Source: a virus (Duplodnaviria; Heunggongvirae; Uroviricota; Caudoviricetes). From it: a DNA stretch of 64,000 nt. A model generated the notes under the pieces. It made no database searches, had not been told where the DNA came from, and saw only the letters and a list, made by a program, of their open reading frames with translations. The stretch is from positions 32,001 through 96,000 of IMG/VR virus record IMGVR_UViG_3300014205_000001, one strand, 5' to 3'. Positions within the stretch are counted from its first letter, which is position 1, and the number at the start of each line of letters is the position of its first letter. Position numbers and translations under genes: made by a program. Positions 28,742 to 39,177 of the stretch are shown one piece after another.

Positions 28742-29307
28742 TAGAATAATGAGTAATGAGTTTTAAATAAATCAATACAATATCTTGTAATTAAATCGTA
28801 AATTACTACAGCATTAATTTCGTTCAACTGCAAAGCTACGTTCTGTGCTTTCTTTTCTTGTTCACTGCCATCAGTTGTAGGTTCCATTTGATGATAGTCG
28901 TAATTCATTAAAGGTAAAATACAAATGTGATATTTACGTGTGTTACCCTTATTACAAAAAATAGGAGTTAAGATTTCAGCTTGAACATTTGCATTTAATT
29001 CAATACCGAACTCTTCTTTTAATCCACGACGTAACGTATCCATCGGCTCTTCACCTTCTTCCATTGTTTCTGACATGATCGTAACATATTTTTCAACGTT
29101 AGGATTTATTAATTGAAAAGGTGGAATAGGTTCGTAACGTAATAAGATTTTACCTGTTTCTTTTAAATAGGGAATACACACGACAGAATCTTTTTCCTCT
29201 ACAACACTCCACCCGTCAACTTCAATTACTTTCATAAATTCGTTTTCGTATAAAGTTTTCGGTTCTTGTTTGTTGCCTTCTAAATCGGCTCTTGTTAAAA
29301 ATTCCAT
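28741..29307 (-). CDS. Nudix hydrolase
   Basis: ETMEEGEEPMDTLRRGLKEEFG Nudix box variant. Confidence 0.8.
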   Translation of the reverse strand: MEFLTRADLEGNKQEPKTLYENEFMKVIEVDGWSVVEEKDSVVCIPYLKETGKILLRYEPIPPFQLINPNVEKYVTIMSETMEEGEEPMDTLRRGLKEEFGIELNANVQAEILTPIFCNKGNTRKYHICILPLMNYDYHQMEPTTDGSEQEKKAQNVALQLNEINAVVIYDLITRYCIDLFKTHYSLF

Positions 29308-29312
29308 GATTA

Positions 29313-30179
29313 TTATTTACGTTTTTCAAAATACCAATTAAACCAATAGTAATTTGGTTTCTTCAATAAGAAGATAGTATCATTGTTTTTTATTTTTATT
29401 GAGTCTTTATCACTGTGTAATACTTCGATGATTGAACCTTGAATGATTTTTTCATATTGACCTTTTTCATTTACTGCCAATACTTCTTTTGCTAAACATT
29501 TATAAATTCCTGTCTTTGCTTTGAACCATTCAAAAATTATATTTCTTAATTTACCTGTCAATTTAATTTGATCTTCAGTCTTTAATGTACTAATCTGTTC
29601 GCAGATAAAAGTTGGTGTATTGTATACTCCCACGTTTTCATATTTACCCCACAGTTCTTGTTCGTTAAACTTGAATTTCAGATATAAATTAAGACCAATA
29701 CCCGTAGATGTTGGTTTCATTTTCTGTATCACAACTTCAGATATTTTGTATTCAGTTATTTCGTCTTTGTTTAAATATGCTTTAATTCCATTGGGAAACG
29801 TCTTCTTCATGATCGCATCCATGTAGTAGTAATTATTCATTTGCTGACCTCGTTGAGATGCAACTGCACTACCACCAATTGCTGACCATTGTGTTAAGGG
29901 AACACCATTAATGTAATAACGACCAACACTTAGAATGTCACCACTCATTTTTTGAATACCATCTTCAGGATTTCCTTCGGGCTTTAACCAACTTGGAATA
30001 TCGATTGTAGGGTCAGATGCTGGTGGAATTTGCGAATAGTTTGGATTACTTATCCCACCCACAGCATCATAATTACCTGCATTATTGCTAGGTCCTTGAA
30101 TATTTTGATTAGTCGCACCTGTTAGAAAAGGATTTAACCAATTTTCCAACAATTTTTCTTTACTTAACAGGAATTTCAT
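29313..30179 (-). CDS. Hypothetical (probably late/virion) protein
   Basis: 288 aa; TAATATATA upstream on the minus strand. Confidence 0.7.
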   Translation of the reverse strand: MKFLLSKEKLLENWLNPFLTGATNQNIQGPSNNAGNYDAVGGISNPNYSQIPPASDPTIDIPSWLKPEGNPEDGIQKMSGDILSVGRYYINGVPLTQWSAIGGSAVASQRGQQMNNYYYMDAIMKKTFPNGIKAYLNKDEITEYKISEVVIQKMKPTSTGIGLNLYLKFKFNEQELWGKYENVGVYNTPTFICEQISTLKTEDQIKLTGKLRNIIFEWFKAKTGIYKCLAKEVLAVNEKGQYEKIIQGSIIEVLHSDKDSIKIKNNDTIFLLKKPNYYWFNWYFEKRK

Positions 30180-30391
30180 GTATTATATATTAAATATCGA
30201 AAGTGACCTTACAAATCACTTTTATTATTATTTTTATAAATATTTTTAATTATATCATATCTGTCCCAAAAACTTTCGCATCTAAGCTAAACAAAGTACA
30301 ATAATCAACATATATAGTAATAGTGTAGATTTTGACGTTGCAAATGATGCTGTAAATGACGCTGTAAAATTCCCTTAAACAAAAAACATAA

Positions 30392-31528
30392 ATGATCGAT
30401 ATAAGAAGTGTGACTTCAATCAAATTTATTTCGCCTCTCTTTTCAGATATTTATACTCGGAAAATTATTGTATACAAAGGTACCCGTTTAAAATGTCTCT
30501 ATCTCATTCATTTGATCGATTTATTCCTGAATCGATTTAATTCTTTCAATAAAGACAATATTAAATTAAATTCTCGAGTCTTAAAATTTTTGTATGGTGG
30601 AACATATACAAAATATATTGAGTATTTAACCGATCATCAATTTATTTATCTGTATAAAAATTATTCAGCAGGACTGAAATCAAAAACATATCGTCTTACA
30701 GAAACTGCAAAACAAGCATGTAATTTAACCACGACAATTGATATTCCGATTAAATTTCAAATTAAAACACAAGATGTAGATGAGAATTTTAACGATAATG
30801 ATACTAATTTAAAAACGAAATTGATTAATGATTTACGACTTGTAACAATTGATATTCGGGGCGCCCAACAATGGATTAACGAACATATTCATAAAGAAGA
30901 TAAAGGATATACTATGAATCTCATTAACTGCAATAAGATAGCTGTTGGTGACATATATTATAGTTTTGATCGTTACGGGCGGTTCCATACAAATTATACA
31001 GTTTTAAAGAAAGAAATTAGAACACAATACTTAACCTTTGGTGAAAGCAAAATCAAAGAATTAGATATAACAAATTCGCAACCTTTCTTTCTATATATCT
31101 TAATGAAAGAATCTGGCTTTAGTAACTTTCAAGGATTTGATGAAGATGTCTTAAATGGTGTGATATACGATAAAATTAAAGACGTAGCACAGATCACACG
31201 AAAGGAAGCAAAAGTAAAAGTGTATTCAGTTTTATTTGGGCGTAATACAACTAACACGTATTGGAATGAATTATTTGGTAACTTGTACCCAGCAGTATTT
31301 AAATGGATTAAAGATTACAAATATGAAAACAAAAGTTATAAAATCATTGCACGTAATTTGCAAGCGATTGAATCAGATTTTATCTTTGGTAATTTGATAC
31401 CTAAAATTTTAGATTATAAAGTTGATTTGCCCTTGATTACAATTCATGATTCGATTATGATTCCTGAAGAACATTATGAATGTGTGAAAGTAATTTTCAA
31501 TAAAGCGTTACGAGGTTTAATTTTATAA
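30392..31528 (+). CDS. Minimal family-A polymerase-like protein (palm/fingers with N-terminal helical domain)
   Basis: GRFHT, motif A ELDITNSQP, motif B RKEAK..VYSVLFG, LQAIES, motif C TIHDSI. Confidence 0.7.
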   Translation: MIDIRSVTSIKFISPLFSDIYTRKIIVYKGTRLKCLYLIHLIDLFLNRFNSFNKDNIKLNSRVLKFLYGGTYTKYIEYLTDHQFIYLYKNYSAGLKSKTYRLTETAKQACNLTTTIDIPIKFQIKTQDVDENFNDNDTNLKTKLINDLRLVTIDIRGAQQWINEHIHKEDKGYTMNLINCNKIAVGDIYYSFDRYGRFHTNYTVLKKEIRTQYLTFGESKIKELDITNSQPFFLYILMKESGFSNFQGFDEDVLNGVIYDKIKDVAQITRKEAKVKVYSVLFGRNTTNTYWNELFGNLYPAVFKWIKDYKYENKSYKIIARNLQAIESDFIFGNLIPKILDYKVDLPLITIHDSIMIPEEHYECVKVIFNKALRGLIL

Positions 31529-33223
31529 TGCAGCAATCGTTGTTATAACTTTATCAGCAATTAAATCGTAAAGGAAATCATTTGGATGACGACCATCAGG
31601 TGGGTATATACCTGAGTCAAGCATGTCTTGATATGGATTTACCATTACAACTCCTTTTGCAGTTGCGACAACTTGAGCAGCGTTGATAAATGTTAAGTGA
31701 CGAGCATTTGTTGCGGGAACACCTACACCGTAAGCTAAATAATCATTCCAATTTAATTCAGTACATAAGAAGCCAATAACTAAAACAATTCTATTTAATG
31801 GCCAACCCTTACTAATTGCAACATCAATAATTTCACCTAATTGTGTACTGTATAGAGTTGTATTATAACCTGCAACGTTTAAACCACAATCATTAATTGA
31901 ATAGCTTATAAATAAAGCACCCATAGACCCAGGTATATATGTCGGAATCGCATTACGATTTTCATACATATTAGGACTACTGATTGGATTTAAGGGAGTA
32001 CTATTTTCTAACGTTGTACCTTGGACAGCATAATTTACTTCTGTCCAATTTTTTGCAGTTGCAACTAAACTACTCCAACGATTAGATTGTACACTAGCAC
32101 CCACACCTTCAGTTGTTGAATCTCCAAAGAAATGTGATTGTTTATTTACACGACCTAATTTCAATTGATAATCAAAAATAATATTATAATATAAATTTGC
32201 TTCAGATGGTGATAAACCATCTAAAAAATGACCTTGTTGTAATTCTTTACTATCAAAGAATCCTGGTGTACCACCATTATTTAATGCACCATAATAAAAA
32301 TTAGAATTTAATACAGTTGCAGCTTGAGTAGTTGTACCTACACTGACACCTTGACGGTAGCCTGTGACTTGAGTAGCACTTAAAATATTTAACCAATAAG
32401 CACCTAAACCATTTGCATCATTTGCATAAATAGTATAATCATCTGTTGTAAAATGAAAATGTCCACCATAATTAGAAAATACTGCCCATGTATCATCGTT
32501 TCCTGCATTTGATGCTCCCAATTCTACTCCTGATGCTCCTAACATTGAACCATTAAAACGTCCAAAGTTTAAATTACTAGCATTTAAATCTGTAGGTTTA
32601 ATACCAATATCTCCATACGCATTTGTACCATTAGGTCTTGCACCTGTACGACTATGAACCCAACCACCTTGAAAGTTAATTTGATAAGTTGCTGGATTTT
32701 TTAAATTGAATTTATGTGTAAAAGCAGTACCACCTATAATCGGATGAAAAATTCTTAAATTTTTATCTGTCCAAAAATTTGTAATAGTATTTAGTGTTCC
32801 TTGCCCTTTAAGTTCTTTTACTAAATCTGAAATTATTGTCCATAATTGTGCACCAGTTTTTTCTTGAGGTGTACCTGTATAAAAAATTGTTGAATCATTA
32901 GGAATACCTGTTGCAGTCATAAATGTAATTGCGTCAGAATCTAAAGGTTCAATATCGATTTCTTTTAAATAGGGAATTGATTTAATAGGAGCAATTCCAT
33001 TGCTATATAAATTTTCAACAACTGATGTTATTCCTGATAATTTTCGAATATTATCTTTTAATAAAATTTCACTACCATTATTAAATACCATATCTGTTGA
33101 AATACGGTAACGTAATGATTTAGTTTGTAATGTAGTCGCAATTGGCTTTTTAAAAAATTCAATATATTCTCCATCCCAGATAGAATCAAAATAAGTTTTA
33201 AGAAATTTCAGTTTATTAGTCAT
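31523..33223 (-). CDS. SGNH/GDSL esterase with conserved N-terminal module
   Basis: FGDSTT, SIND, DGRHPN; start MTNKLKFL at 33223. Confidence 0.85.
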   Translation of the reverse strand: MTNKLKFLKTYFDSIWDGEYIEFFKKPIATTLQTKSLRYRISTDMVFNNGSEILLKDNIRKLSGITSVVENLYSNGIAPIKSIPYLKEIDIEPLDSDAITFMTATGIPNDSTIFYTGTPQEKTGAQLWTIISDLVKELKGQGTLNTITNFWTDKNLRIFHPIIGGTAFTHKFNLKNPATYQINFQGGWVHSRTGARPNGTNAYGDIGIKPTDLNASNLNFGRFNGSMLGASGVELGASNAGNDDTWAVFSNYGGHFHFTTDDYTIYANDANGLGAYWLNILSATQVTGYRQGVSVGTTTQAATVLNSNFYYGALNNGGTPGFFDSKELQQGHFLDGLSPSEANLYYNIIFDYQLKLGRVNKQSHFFGDSTTEGVGASVQSNRWSSLVATAKNWTEVNYAVQGTTLENSTPLNPISSPNMYENRNAIPTYIPGSMGALFISYSINDCGLNVAGYNTTLYSTQLGEIIDVAISKGWPLNRIVLVIGFLCTELNWNDYLAYGVGVPATNARHLTFINAAQVVATAKGVVMVNPYQDMLDSGIYPPDGRHPNDFLYDLIADKVITTIAAL

Positions 33224-33300
33224 GTCATATAAGGCGTTTAATCCTATACTATATATTAAGTTTTCAAAAAAGATTCGAAATACATATAATTGTATCAGAT

Positions 33301-33777
33301 ATGTCAATGATTAACCCTTATGAAAATTTTGAAATGTGTACTTCCCCAATAATCCGTGCTTTAGAACGAACGTGGGATAAAAGTAAAAAGAAAAAATGGG
33401 ATTGTATTTACATTGCAGTCGACATTCACGATACAATAGTGTACGGAAATTACGATACAACGAAACTACCAAAAACATTTTGTCCACAAGCAAAAGAAAC
33501 ATTACAATTCCTTTCAAATCGTAAGGATATTGTATTATTTCTATATACATGTAGTCATAAACATGAAATTGTCAAATATGAACAATTTTTTAAAGAAAAT
33601 GGCATCACTTTTCAATCTACGAATAAAAATCCAGCAGTTTCCAGTAATGATTTAGGTTGTTATGATGATAAACCTTATTTTAATTTATTATTGGATGATA
33701 AAGCCGGATTTGATTGTGAAACAGATTGGTTTCATATTTATAATTGGTTTCACAAGAAAAAAGAATATTTATTCTAA
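33301..33777 (+). CDS. HAD-superfamily phosphatase-like protein
   Basis: AVDIHDTI, LYTCS, KPYFNLLLDDKAG. Confidence 0.75.
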   Translation: MSMINPYENFEMCTSPIIRALERTWDKSKKKKWDCIYIAVDIHDTIVYGNYDTTKLPKTFCPQAKETLQFLSNRKDIVLFLYTCSHKHEIVKYEQFFKENGITFQSTNKNPAVSSNDLGCYDDKPYFNLLLDDKAGFDCETDWFHIYNWFHKKKEYLF

Positions 33778-34430
33778 TGCAAATACAACTCACAAAATTT
33801 GTTCAACGTCAATGGGACAAAAAGTTCGCAGGAACAAAATTGGACATGTGGCAAGAAGATTTCATTAAACATGTAAATGAATTTTATCCAGATATTAAAT
33901 CTGAATTGTATTCATCTCAAAACGATTTTTGTAAATATTTATATTTTGAAAATCCTTATCCTTCCATTAAAAAAGCTGTTATTAAAATTGATCATACAAT
34001 TTATCCTTACATTCAATCAGGATATAGTTCTAGGACTCCCGAAGAACTCGCAGTATTAAGTAGATGGGTTTCATTTCCACATAAAAGTTATCCACTCCCT
34101 ACAGCTGAGTATATTGGTTTAGTCTTATATACTCGTGAACAATTATTAAAAGAACATAACGAACAATTTCCACCTGCTGATTATAAATCAAATTCACCTT
34201 GGTCAGATAAAACTGTCATGATGCAACCCACTTTTGAATTGACAGAAGAATGTGAATATGGAATTGTTGCAATTATGGGTTTAGGTCAACCTGAAATGGA
34301 CCCAATGCCTCCAATCACTCATTTGCGCAATGCTTTAGGTGGTGTCGAAGGTGGAAATGGTGTACCAATTAATAAAGAAGAATACGAAAAAAGTGTGAAG
34401 TTCTGGTCAGAACACATACTTGTTAAATAG
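33777..34430 (+). CDS. DUF3228-like protein
   Basis: YSSR..EELAVLSRW, LYTREQ, PMPPITHLRNALG..EGG.GVPI...Y..SV.FW; start at the TAATG-coupled ATG. Confidence 0.75.
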   Translation: MQIQLTKFVQRQWDKKFAGTKLDMWQEDFIKHVNEFYPDIKSELYSSQNDFCKYLYFENPYPSIKKAVIKIDHTIYPYIQSGYSSRTPEELAVLSRWVSFPHKSYPLPTAEYIGLVLYTREQLLKEHNEQFPPADYKSNSPWSDKTVMMQPTFELTEECEYGIVAIMGLGQPEMDPMPPITHLRNALGGVEGGNGVPINKEEYEKSVKFWSEHILVK

Positions 34431-34471
34431 AAGCTGGACAGTCTTCTCCCTGTCCCTCGCCAAATAAAAGC

Positions 34472-34501
34472 AAAAAGCCAATCCGAAGGGATTGGCTTTT
34501 T
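34472..34501 (+). terminator. Intrinsic terminator
   Basis: aaaaagccaatcc-gaag-ggattggcttttt. Confidence 0.85.
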
Positions 34502-34550
34502 AGTTTATAAGTGATGTTTTTAATATATAACTAAAAATACACTTATTACA

Positions 34551-34883
34551 ATGCTTAATGGCTTTTTTGTAGATATTATACCTGCTGCAACTCCAGGTAA
34601 TGCCAATTTTACTTCTGATGCAGTAAATGGTTTAAGTTTCAATTGGGTTGCTGTACAAGTCGTTGCATCTTCATTAGATACTGGTGATGGCGCACTTAAA
34701 TTACAAGATAGTTTAGATGGTACTAATTGGAATGACATTCCGGGAGTAATCACTGTAGGAATTGGTGCATCATCGAATATGATTCGTTATACAACTTTTA
34801 CAGGTGCATATATTCGTGTTGTATGGTTAAAAGGTACTAATACAACGGGTACTGTAACAGGAAAATTATTATTTAAGAAATAA
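34551..34883 (+). CDS. Putative virion beta-sandwich protein
   Basis: LQDSLDGTNWNDI...YIRVVW motif; TAATATATA upstream. Confidence 0.6.
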   Translation: MLNGFFVDIIPAATPGNANFTSDAVNGLSFNWVAVQVVASSLDTGDGALKLQDSLDGTNWNDIPGVITVGIGASSNMIRYTTFTGAYIRVVWLKGTNTTGTVTGKLLFKK

Positions 34884-35359
34884 TGAATAATCAAATTAAT
34901 ATTGATCAAGCATCAAATAACACCTACGGTACGTTTACTCTTAATTTTACGGGTAATGGTGCAGGATATACTGCTGGTGATTTTCTTGAAGCTATAAAAA
35001 CTGTTACGATAAATGGTTTAGGTGGTAAATTCATCCAAATAATTGATGCATGCTATTTAAATTCAGCAACAACAGGGGCTTCAATAAATTTAATCTTTTG
35101 TGCTTCCTCACCTGCTGGAACCTTTAATAATAATTCTGCTGCAAATATTACGTATGCAACAGATGTAATTCGTGGTGTTGTTCCAATTTCAGGTGCAGTT
35201 TCAACTGCTGCTGGTGCGACTCCTGGTCATACTTCTGCAGGATTGATGAATAAAATTATTTATATTGATGCAGATACATTTTATATTTTACCTATCACAC
35301 AAGGTGCAGCAACAATTAACTCGTTAAATATACGTGTAACATATAAAATCGTACAATAA
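34883..35359 (+). CDS. Putative virion protein (paralog of 35362)
   Basis: Shares TVT.NGLGGK.I.I.DA and IYID.DTF...IRVTYKI.Q with the next gene. Confidence 0.65.
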   Translation: MNNQINIDQASNNTYGTFTLNFTGNGAGYTAGDFLEAIKTVTINGLGGKFIQIIDACYLNSATTGASINLIFCASSPAGTFNNNSAANITYATDVIRGVVPISGAVSTAAGATPGHTSAGLMNKIIYIDADTFYILPITQGAATINSLNIRVTYKIVQ

Positions 35360-35361
35360 TT

Positions 35362-35805
35362 ATGGAAACTTATCATATCTTACAATATTCACTCGTTGGT
35401 AGTGGCGTAAATTATTTATCAGGTGATGCTGTTGATACAGTAAAATCTGTAACAGTTAATGGTTTAGGTGGAAAATATATTGAAATACTTGATGCAGTAT
35501 TACTTAACGCTAACGCTTCTGCTGTCAATATGTCGGTTGTATTTTTTGGTTCAGTAGTTCCTACTGGAACTTTTACAGATAATAGTCCAGTAAATTTAAA
35601 TTATGTTGCAGATATTTTACGAGGCACAGTTACAATTTCCAGTTTTATTAATGGTACAGGTGCTTTCATCGCACACACAGGAACAGGAATTACGAATCGT
35701 ATTGTTTATATTGATTCTGATACTTTTTCAATTTTAAATATTGCACAAGCGTCAGGTACTGTAAATAATATGCAAATTCGTATTACTTACAAAATTTTAC
35801 AGTAA
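35362..35805 (+). CDS. Putative virion protein (paralog of 34883)
   Basis: Tandem paralog of the preceding gene. Confidence 0.65.
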   Translation: METYHILQYSLVGSGVNYLSGDAVDTVKSVTVNGLGGKYIEILDAVLLNANASAVNMSVVFFGSVVPTGTFTDNSPVNLNYVADILRGTVTISSFINGTGAFIAHTGTGITNRIVYIDSDTFSILNIAQASGTVNNMQIRITYKILQ

Positions 35806-35832
35806 AAATCTATTTGCTTTGATATATAATCT

Positions 35833-36447
35833 ATGACTATAGATCAAGTATTAATTGCCGCAGGCGCCGTACTCACTACCTGGATATTTAATAACACTAA
35901 ATTAAAAGATGGAATCACTGATTGGTTCGTCAAGTTTATTGGTCGTGATAAATTTGAAATCAAAAATCATACAGTAACACAAACATTACGTGCATTAAAA
36001 TTCGAATCCAAACTTACAGAATACGATAACAAACTTAAAACAGAACTCTTTCATTTCTATATTGAAGTTGTATTAAATACAATGGGTGATCTTGTGAATA
36101 AAATTCTAAGTGATGAAACAGGTCTATCGTTAGAAGATACAAAAAAATTAATTAAAAACATTATGTACGATAAATTATTGTACATCAATACTGAATTAGA
36201 TACAAAAATTAAAATGCCGGATGCATTACAAAACAAATTCGATCGTTTTACTAATTATCTTAATATGCAACATACGTATGCGATTGAAAACGCATTACAA
36301 TCCACTAGTAAAAAAATCTTATTAATTCAAGTTTTAGATGCAATTGAAACTAACAGCCGTTGGTTTTTATTCTACAATACTGAAATGTTTGATAATTTTA
36401 ATGGTCATTTTGATTCAATTACACGGAAAGACGTATTCAAACGTTAA
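35833..36447 (+). CDS. Protein with N-terminal membrane anchor
   Basis: Hydrophobic N-terminus followed by a helical domain. Confidence 0.6.
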   Translation: MTIDQVLIAAGAVLTTWIFNNTKLKDGITDWFVKFIGRDKFEIKNHTVTQTLRALKFESKLTEYDNKLKTELFHFYIEVVLNTMGDLVNKILSDETGLSLEDTKKLIKNIMYDKLLYINTELDTKIKMPDALQNKFDRFTNYLNMQHTYAIENALQSTSKKILLIQVLDAIETNSRWFLFYNTEMFDNFNGHFDSITRKDVFKR

Positions 36448-36490
36448 TATTTAAACATTCATATTTTTCAATCATATAAACAATAAAATA

Positions 36491-36991
36491 TTGATTGATA
36501 TGAAAAATTACGAATTATTCGAAGTAACACAACGCTTAGGTACAGTTCTACCTACTTTGGAAAAATTGAAAGGTCCTAAATTCCACTATGCTTTGTTAAA
36601 AAACATCGATCTTCTACAAAAAGAAATCGAACTAATCCAAACTAAAGGCAAACCTTCTGAAAAATTTCTAGAATATGAAAAAGCACGTGTTGCTCTGTGT
36701 GAACAATTTTGCGCTAAAGACGAAAAAGGCGAAAATTTAAAACGTGACATTGGGAATGGTCAATTTGAATACGATATTGATACTACATCTGAATCATGGA
36801 AATTAGCAATTGAAGTATTAAAAAGCAACAATAAAGAATTAATTGCTGAACGTGATCAACAAGTTGAAATGTTTAATCAAATGTTAGATGTAGAATCTAG
36901 TTTAACGTTTCATTTAATTAAAGTAGAAGATTTACCTTCAGATATTAATGGGGAACAAATGCAAGCTTTGAAAAATTTTATTCAAGACTAA
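36491..36991 (+). CDS. Hypothetical protein
   Basis: Helical 160-aa ORF; ATG at 36500 is also possible. Confidence 0.7.
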   Translation: MIDMKNYELFEVTQRLGTVLPTLEKLKGPKFHYALLKNIDLLQKEIELIQTKGKPSEKFLEYEKARVALCEQFCAKDEKGENLKRDIGNGQFEYDIDTTSESWKLAIEVLKSNNKELIAERDQQVEMFNQMLDVESSLTFHLIKVEDLPSDINGEQMQALKNFIQD

Positions 36992-37010
36992 TTATTCATA
37001 TAATTGTAAT

Positions 37011-37571
37011 ATGGATTTAGTAAAAAATAGTAAAAGAATGTCGAAACTTCTTCGGCATGACCCACATCCTTTAACAATGGATAATAAAGGATGGATGAAT
37101 GTGAATGATTTAATTAATTACTTACATATCACTGCTGAGGATTTAGATACGATCGTGCAAACGAATGATAAGAAACGTTTTATGTTTAATGATGATAAAA
37201 CATTGATTCGTGCAACTCAAGGTCATAGTGAAGGTGTAGCACCTGATAAAGAACATCAACAAATAAAATTAGCAACTCAAGGTACTATTTTATATCATGG
37301 AACTGATGATGTGACAGCTGAATTAATAAAGAAAGATAAAATACTCCCAGGTAAACGACAATTTGTACATTGGACTGCTGATCGTTCATTGGCAGAGAAA
37401 CGTGCTAGACAACGTCAACAACATAATAAAACGTTACCGGTTCTTGTTACATTACATGCACAATCATATTTAAATGGTAAGGGTAAATTATATTTAGCAG
37501 AGAACGATGTGTATCTTACACCTGAAATCGAAGGAACTAAATTAGGTTTCATTTTTATTTCTGGTAAATAA
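37011..37571 (+). CDS. kptA: RNA 2'-phosphotransferase Tpt1/KptA
   Basis: SKLLRH, GW, NDKKRF, IRATQGHS, LYHGT, RQFVH. Confidence 0.92.
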   Translation: MDLVKNSKRMSKLLRHDPHPLTMDNKGWMNVNDLINYLHITAEDLDTIVQTNDKKRFMFNDDKTLIRATQGHSEGVAPDKEHQQIKLATQGTILYHGTDDVTAELIKKDKILPGKRQFVHWTADRSLAEKRARQRQQHNKTLPVLVTLHAQSYLNGKGKLYLAENDVYLTPEIEGTKLGFIFISGK

Positions 37572-37606
37572 AGTATATAATTGTAATAACTAAAAAACGA
37601 ATCTAT

Positions 37607-37849
37607 ATGTCATCTATTATCTTCAAAAAAACTGCTTCAGAAAAAGCGACGTTAAAAGTAATCAAAAGAAAATTCAACATGGAAAAACGTCATATTCCTG
37701 CTTACAATGGTAAAAGGGGGATGATGTTAGGATTAACAATCAGTTCGTCAAAACTGGATTTGTTTAGCAAAACTGATAAAACAGTTTTCATCAAATTGAA
37801 CGAATTGCTAAAAATGCAAGAAACTGTAGAAGCTTTATCTTTTAACTAA
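37607..37849 (+). CDS. Hypothetical protein
   Basis: 80-aa basic ORF. Confidence 0.65.
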   Translation: MSSIIFKKTASEKATLKVIKRKFNMEKRHIPAYNGKRGMMLGLTISSSKLDLFSKTDKTVFIKLNELLKMQETVEALSFN

Positions 37850-37861
37850 TAAGTTCTAAAC

Positions 37862-37893
37862 AAAAAAGCCGAATCAATTGATTCGGCTTTTTT
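37862..37893. terminator. Bidirectional terminator
   Basis: aaaaaagccgaatc-aatt-gattcggcttttttt between convergent genes. Confidence 0.85.
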
Positions 37894-37908
37894 TATGCGT
37901 TATGCTAA

Positions 37909-38322
37909 TTATTTTTTAGGTTTAACTACAGCAGTTTTCTTTTTCTTATCTTCTTCTTCTTTCTTTTTCTTTGCTTCATTCATTTTTTTGAATTGTTCAA
38001 ATGAAGGACAAAAACCTTCTGCCATTTCGTCGTCTGTGATTTCTTGATTTTCACCTTCGTTTCCTTCACCTGGTTCAGGTGTTTCAATTGGAGGTTGTGA
38101 ACCATCATCTTCAGGACTTGAACCTGTATCATCAGGATTATCTGTCGATGCTGTATCTTCTGCTGAAGGCATATCTACTGCATCAGGTGCAGCGTTTGCA
38201 TCAGTTGATTGCGCAAAAGTATTATTGGATAATTCCTTACCACTTGCATCTAATACTTTAACAACCATATTTGTGTCTTCAGTATTAATTTCAATGTCGA
38301 AACCGTTAATCTGTATTTTCAT
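37909..38322 (-). CDS. Acidic low-complexity protein (possible prohead core-type)
   Basis: Start MKIQING; D/E/P-rich linker; PSFEQFKKMNE near the C-terminus; TAATATATA upstream. Confidence 0.6.
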   Translation of the reverse strand: MKIQINGFDIEINTEDTNMVVKVLDASGKELSNNTFAQSTDANAAPDAVDMPSAEDTASTDNPDDTGSSPEDDGSQPPIETPEPGEGNEGENQEITDDEMAEGFCPSFEQFKKMNEAKKKKEEEDKKKKTAVVKPKK

Positions 38323-38409
38323 TTTAAGTATCTTAAATTTGTATAAAGTATATATTAAATAAACAATTACGTTTTTCAAGAATATAAAATCAAAAATACT
38401 ATCATTCTT

Positions 38410-39084
38410 ATGACCAATTTTGATAAATTCGCAAAGAATCGAATTTCCAGTACAAGTTTATCTCATTATAAACAACGACAACAAAAGATGTTACCTTCAA
38501 TGTTAACACCGATGGTGATCGAAGAACGCCAATCTAATTCATCTATCATTTCAGTCTTTGACCGTTTAATGATGGACCGTATTATTTTCTTAGGTGAAGA
38601 AATTGATGATTTTGTAGCTAATACGATTAATGCACAATTATTATTTTTAGATAACGAAGATGAATCATCTCAACCAATTTGGTTGTATATTAACAGCCCG
38701 GGTGGAGAAGTTTATTCAGGGTTAGCAATATACGATACAATGCAAGCCATAAAAACACCTGTGTACACTTGTGTGATGGGTCTAGCAGCTTCTATGGCAT
38801 TCGTATTAGGTGTAGCAGGTGAAAAGAAACATCGTTACGCATTAACTCACAGTAGATTGATGCAACATCAACCTTTAGGTGGAATTAGTTTTAGTCAAGC
38901 ATCTGAAATTGAAATTTATAATAAAGAAATGCAAAATTTACGTACTGATTTAGTAAAAATAATTGCTAATCATACTAAACAAGATTTTGAAAAAGTGTGG
39001 GCTGATTGTGAAAGAGATAATTGGATGACAGCAAAACAAGCTGTGGAATATGGAGCAATTGATAAAATAATTACTAAATTCTAA
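38410..39084 (+). CDS. clpP: ATP-dependent Clp protease proteolytic subunit
   Basis: DRLMMDRIIFLG, YINSPGG, GLAASMA (Ser), MQHQP (His), ERDNWM (Asp). Confidence 0.96.
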   Translation: MTNFDKFAKNRISSTSLSHYKQRQQKMLPSMLTPMVIEERQSNSSIISVFDRLMMDRIIFLGEEIDDFVANTINAQLLFLDNEDESSQPIWLYINSPGGEVYSGLAIYDTMQAIKTPVYTCVMGLAASMAFVLGVAGEKKHRYALTHSRLMQHQPLGGISFSQASEIEIYNKEMQNLRTDLVKIIANHTKQDFEKVWADCERDNWMTAKQAVEYGAIDKIITKF

Positions 39085-39177
39085 AACAAATTAAATACTT
39101 TTTCATATATAAGATACAATACATATAATTGTATTAGGAAATTCAATACTTGTTATTGAAACGTTCATTAATTTTAT

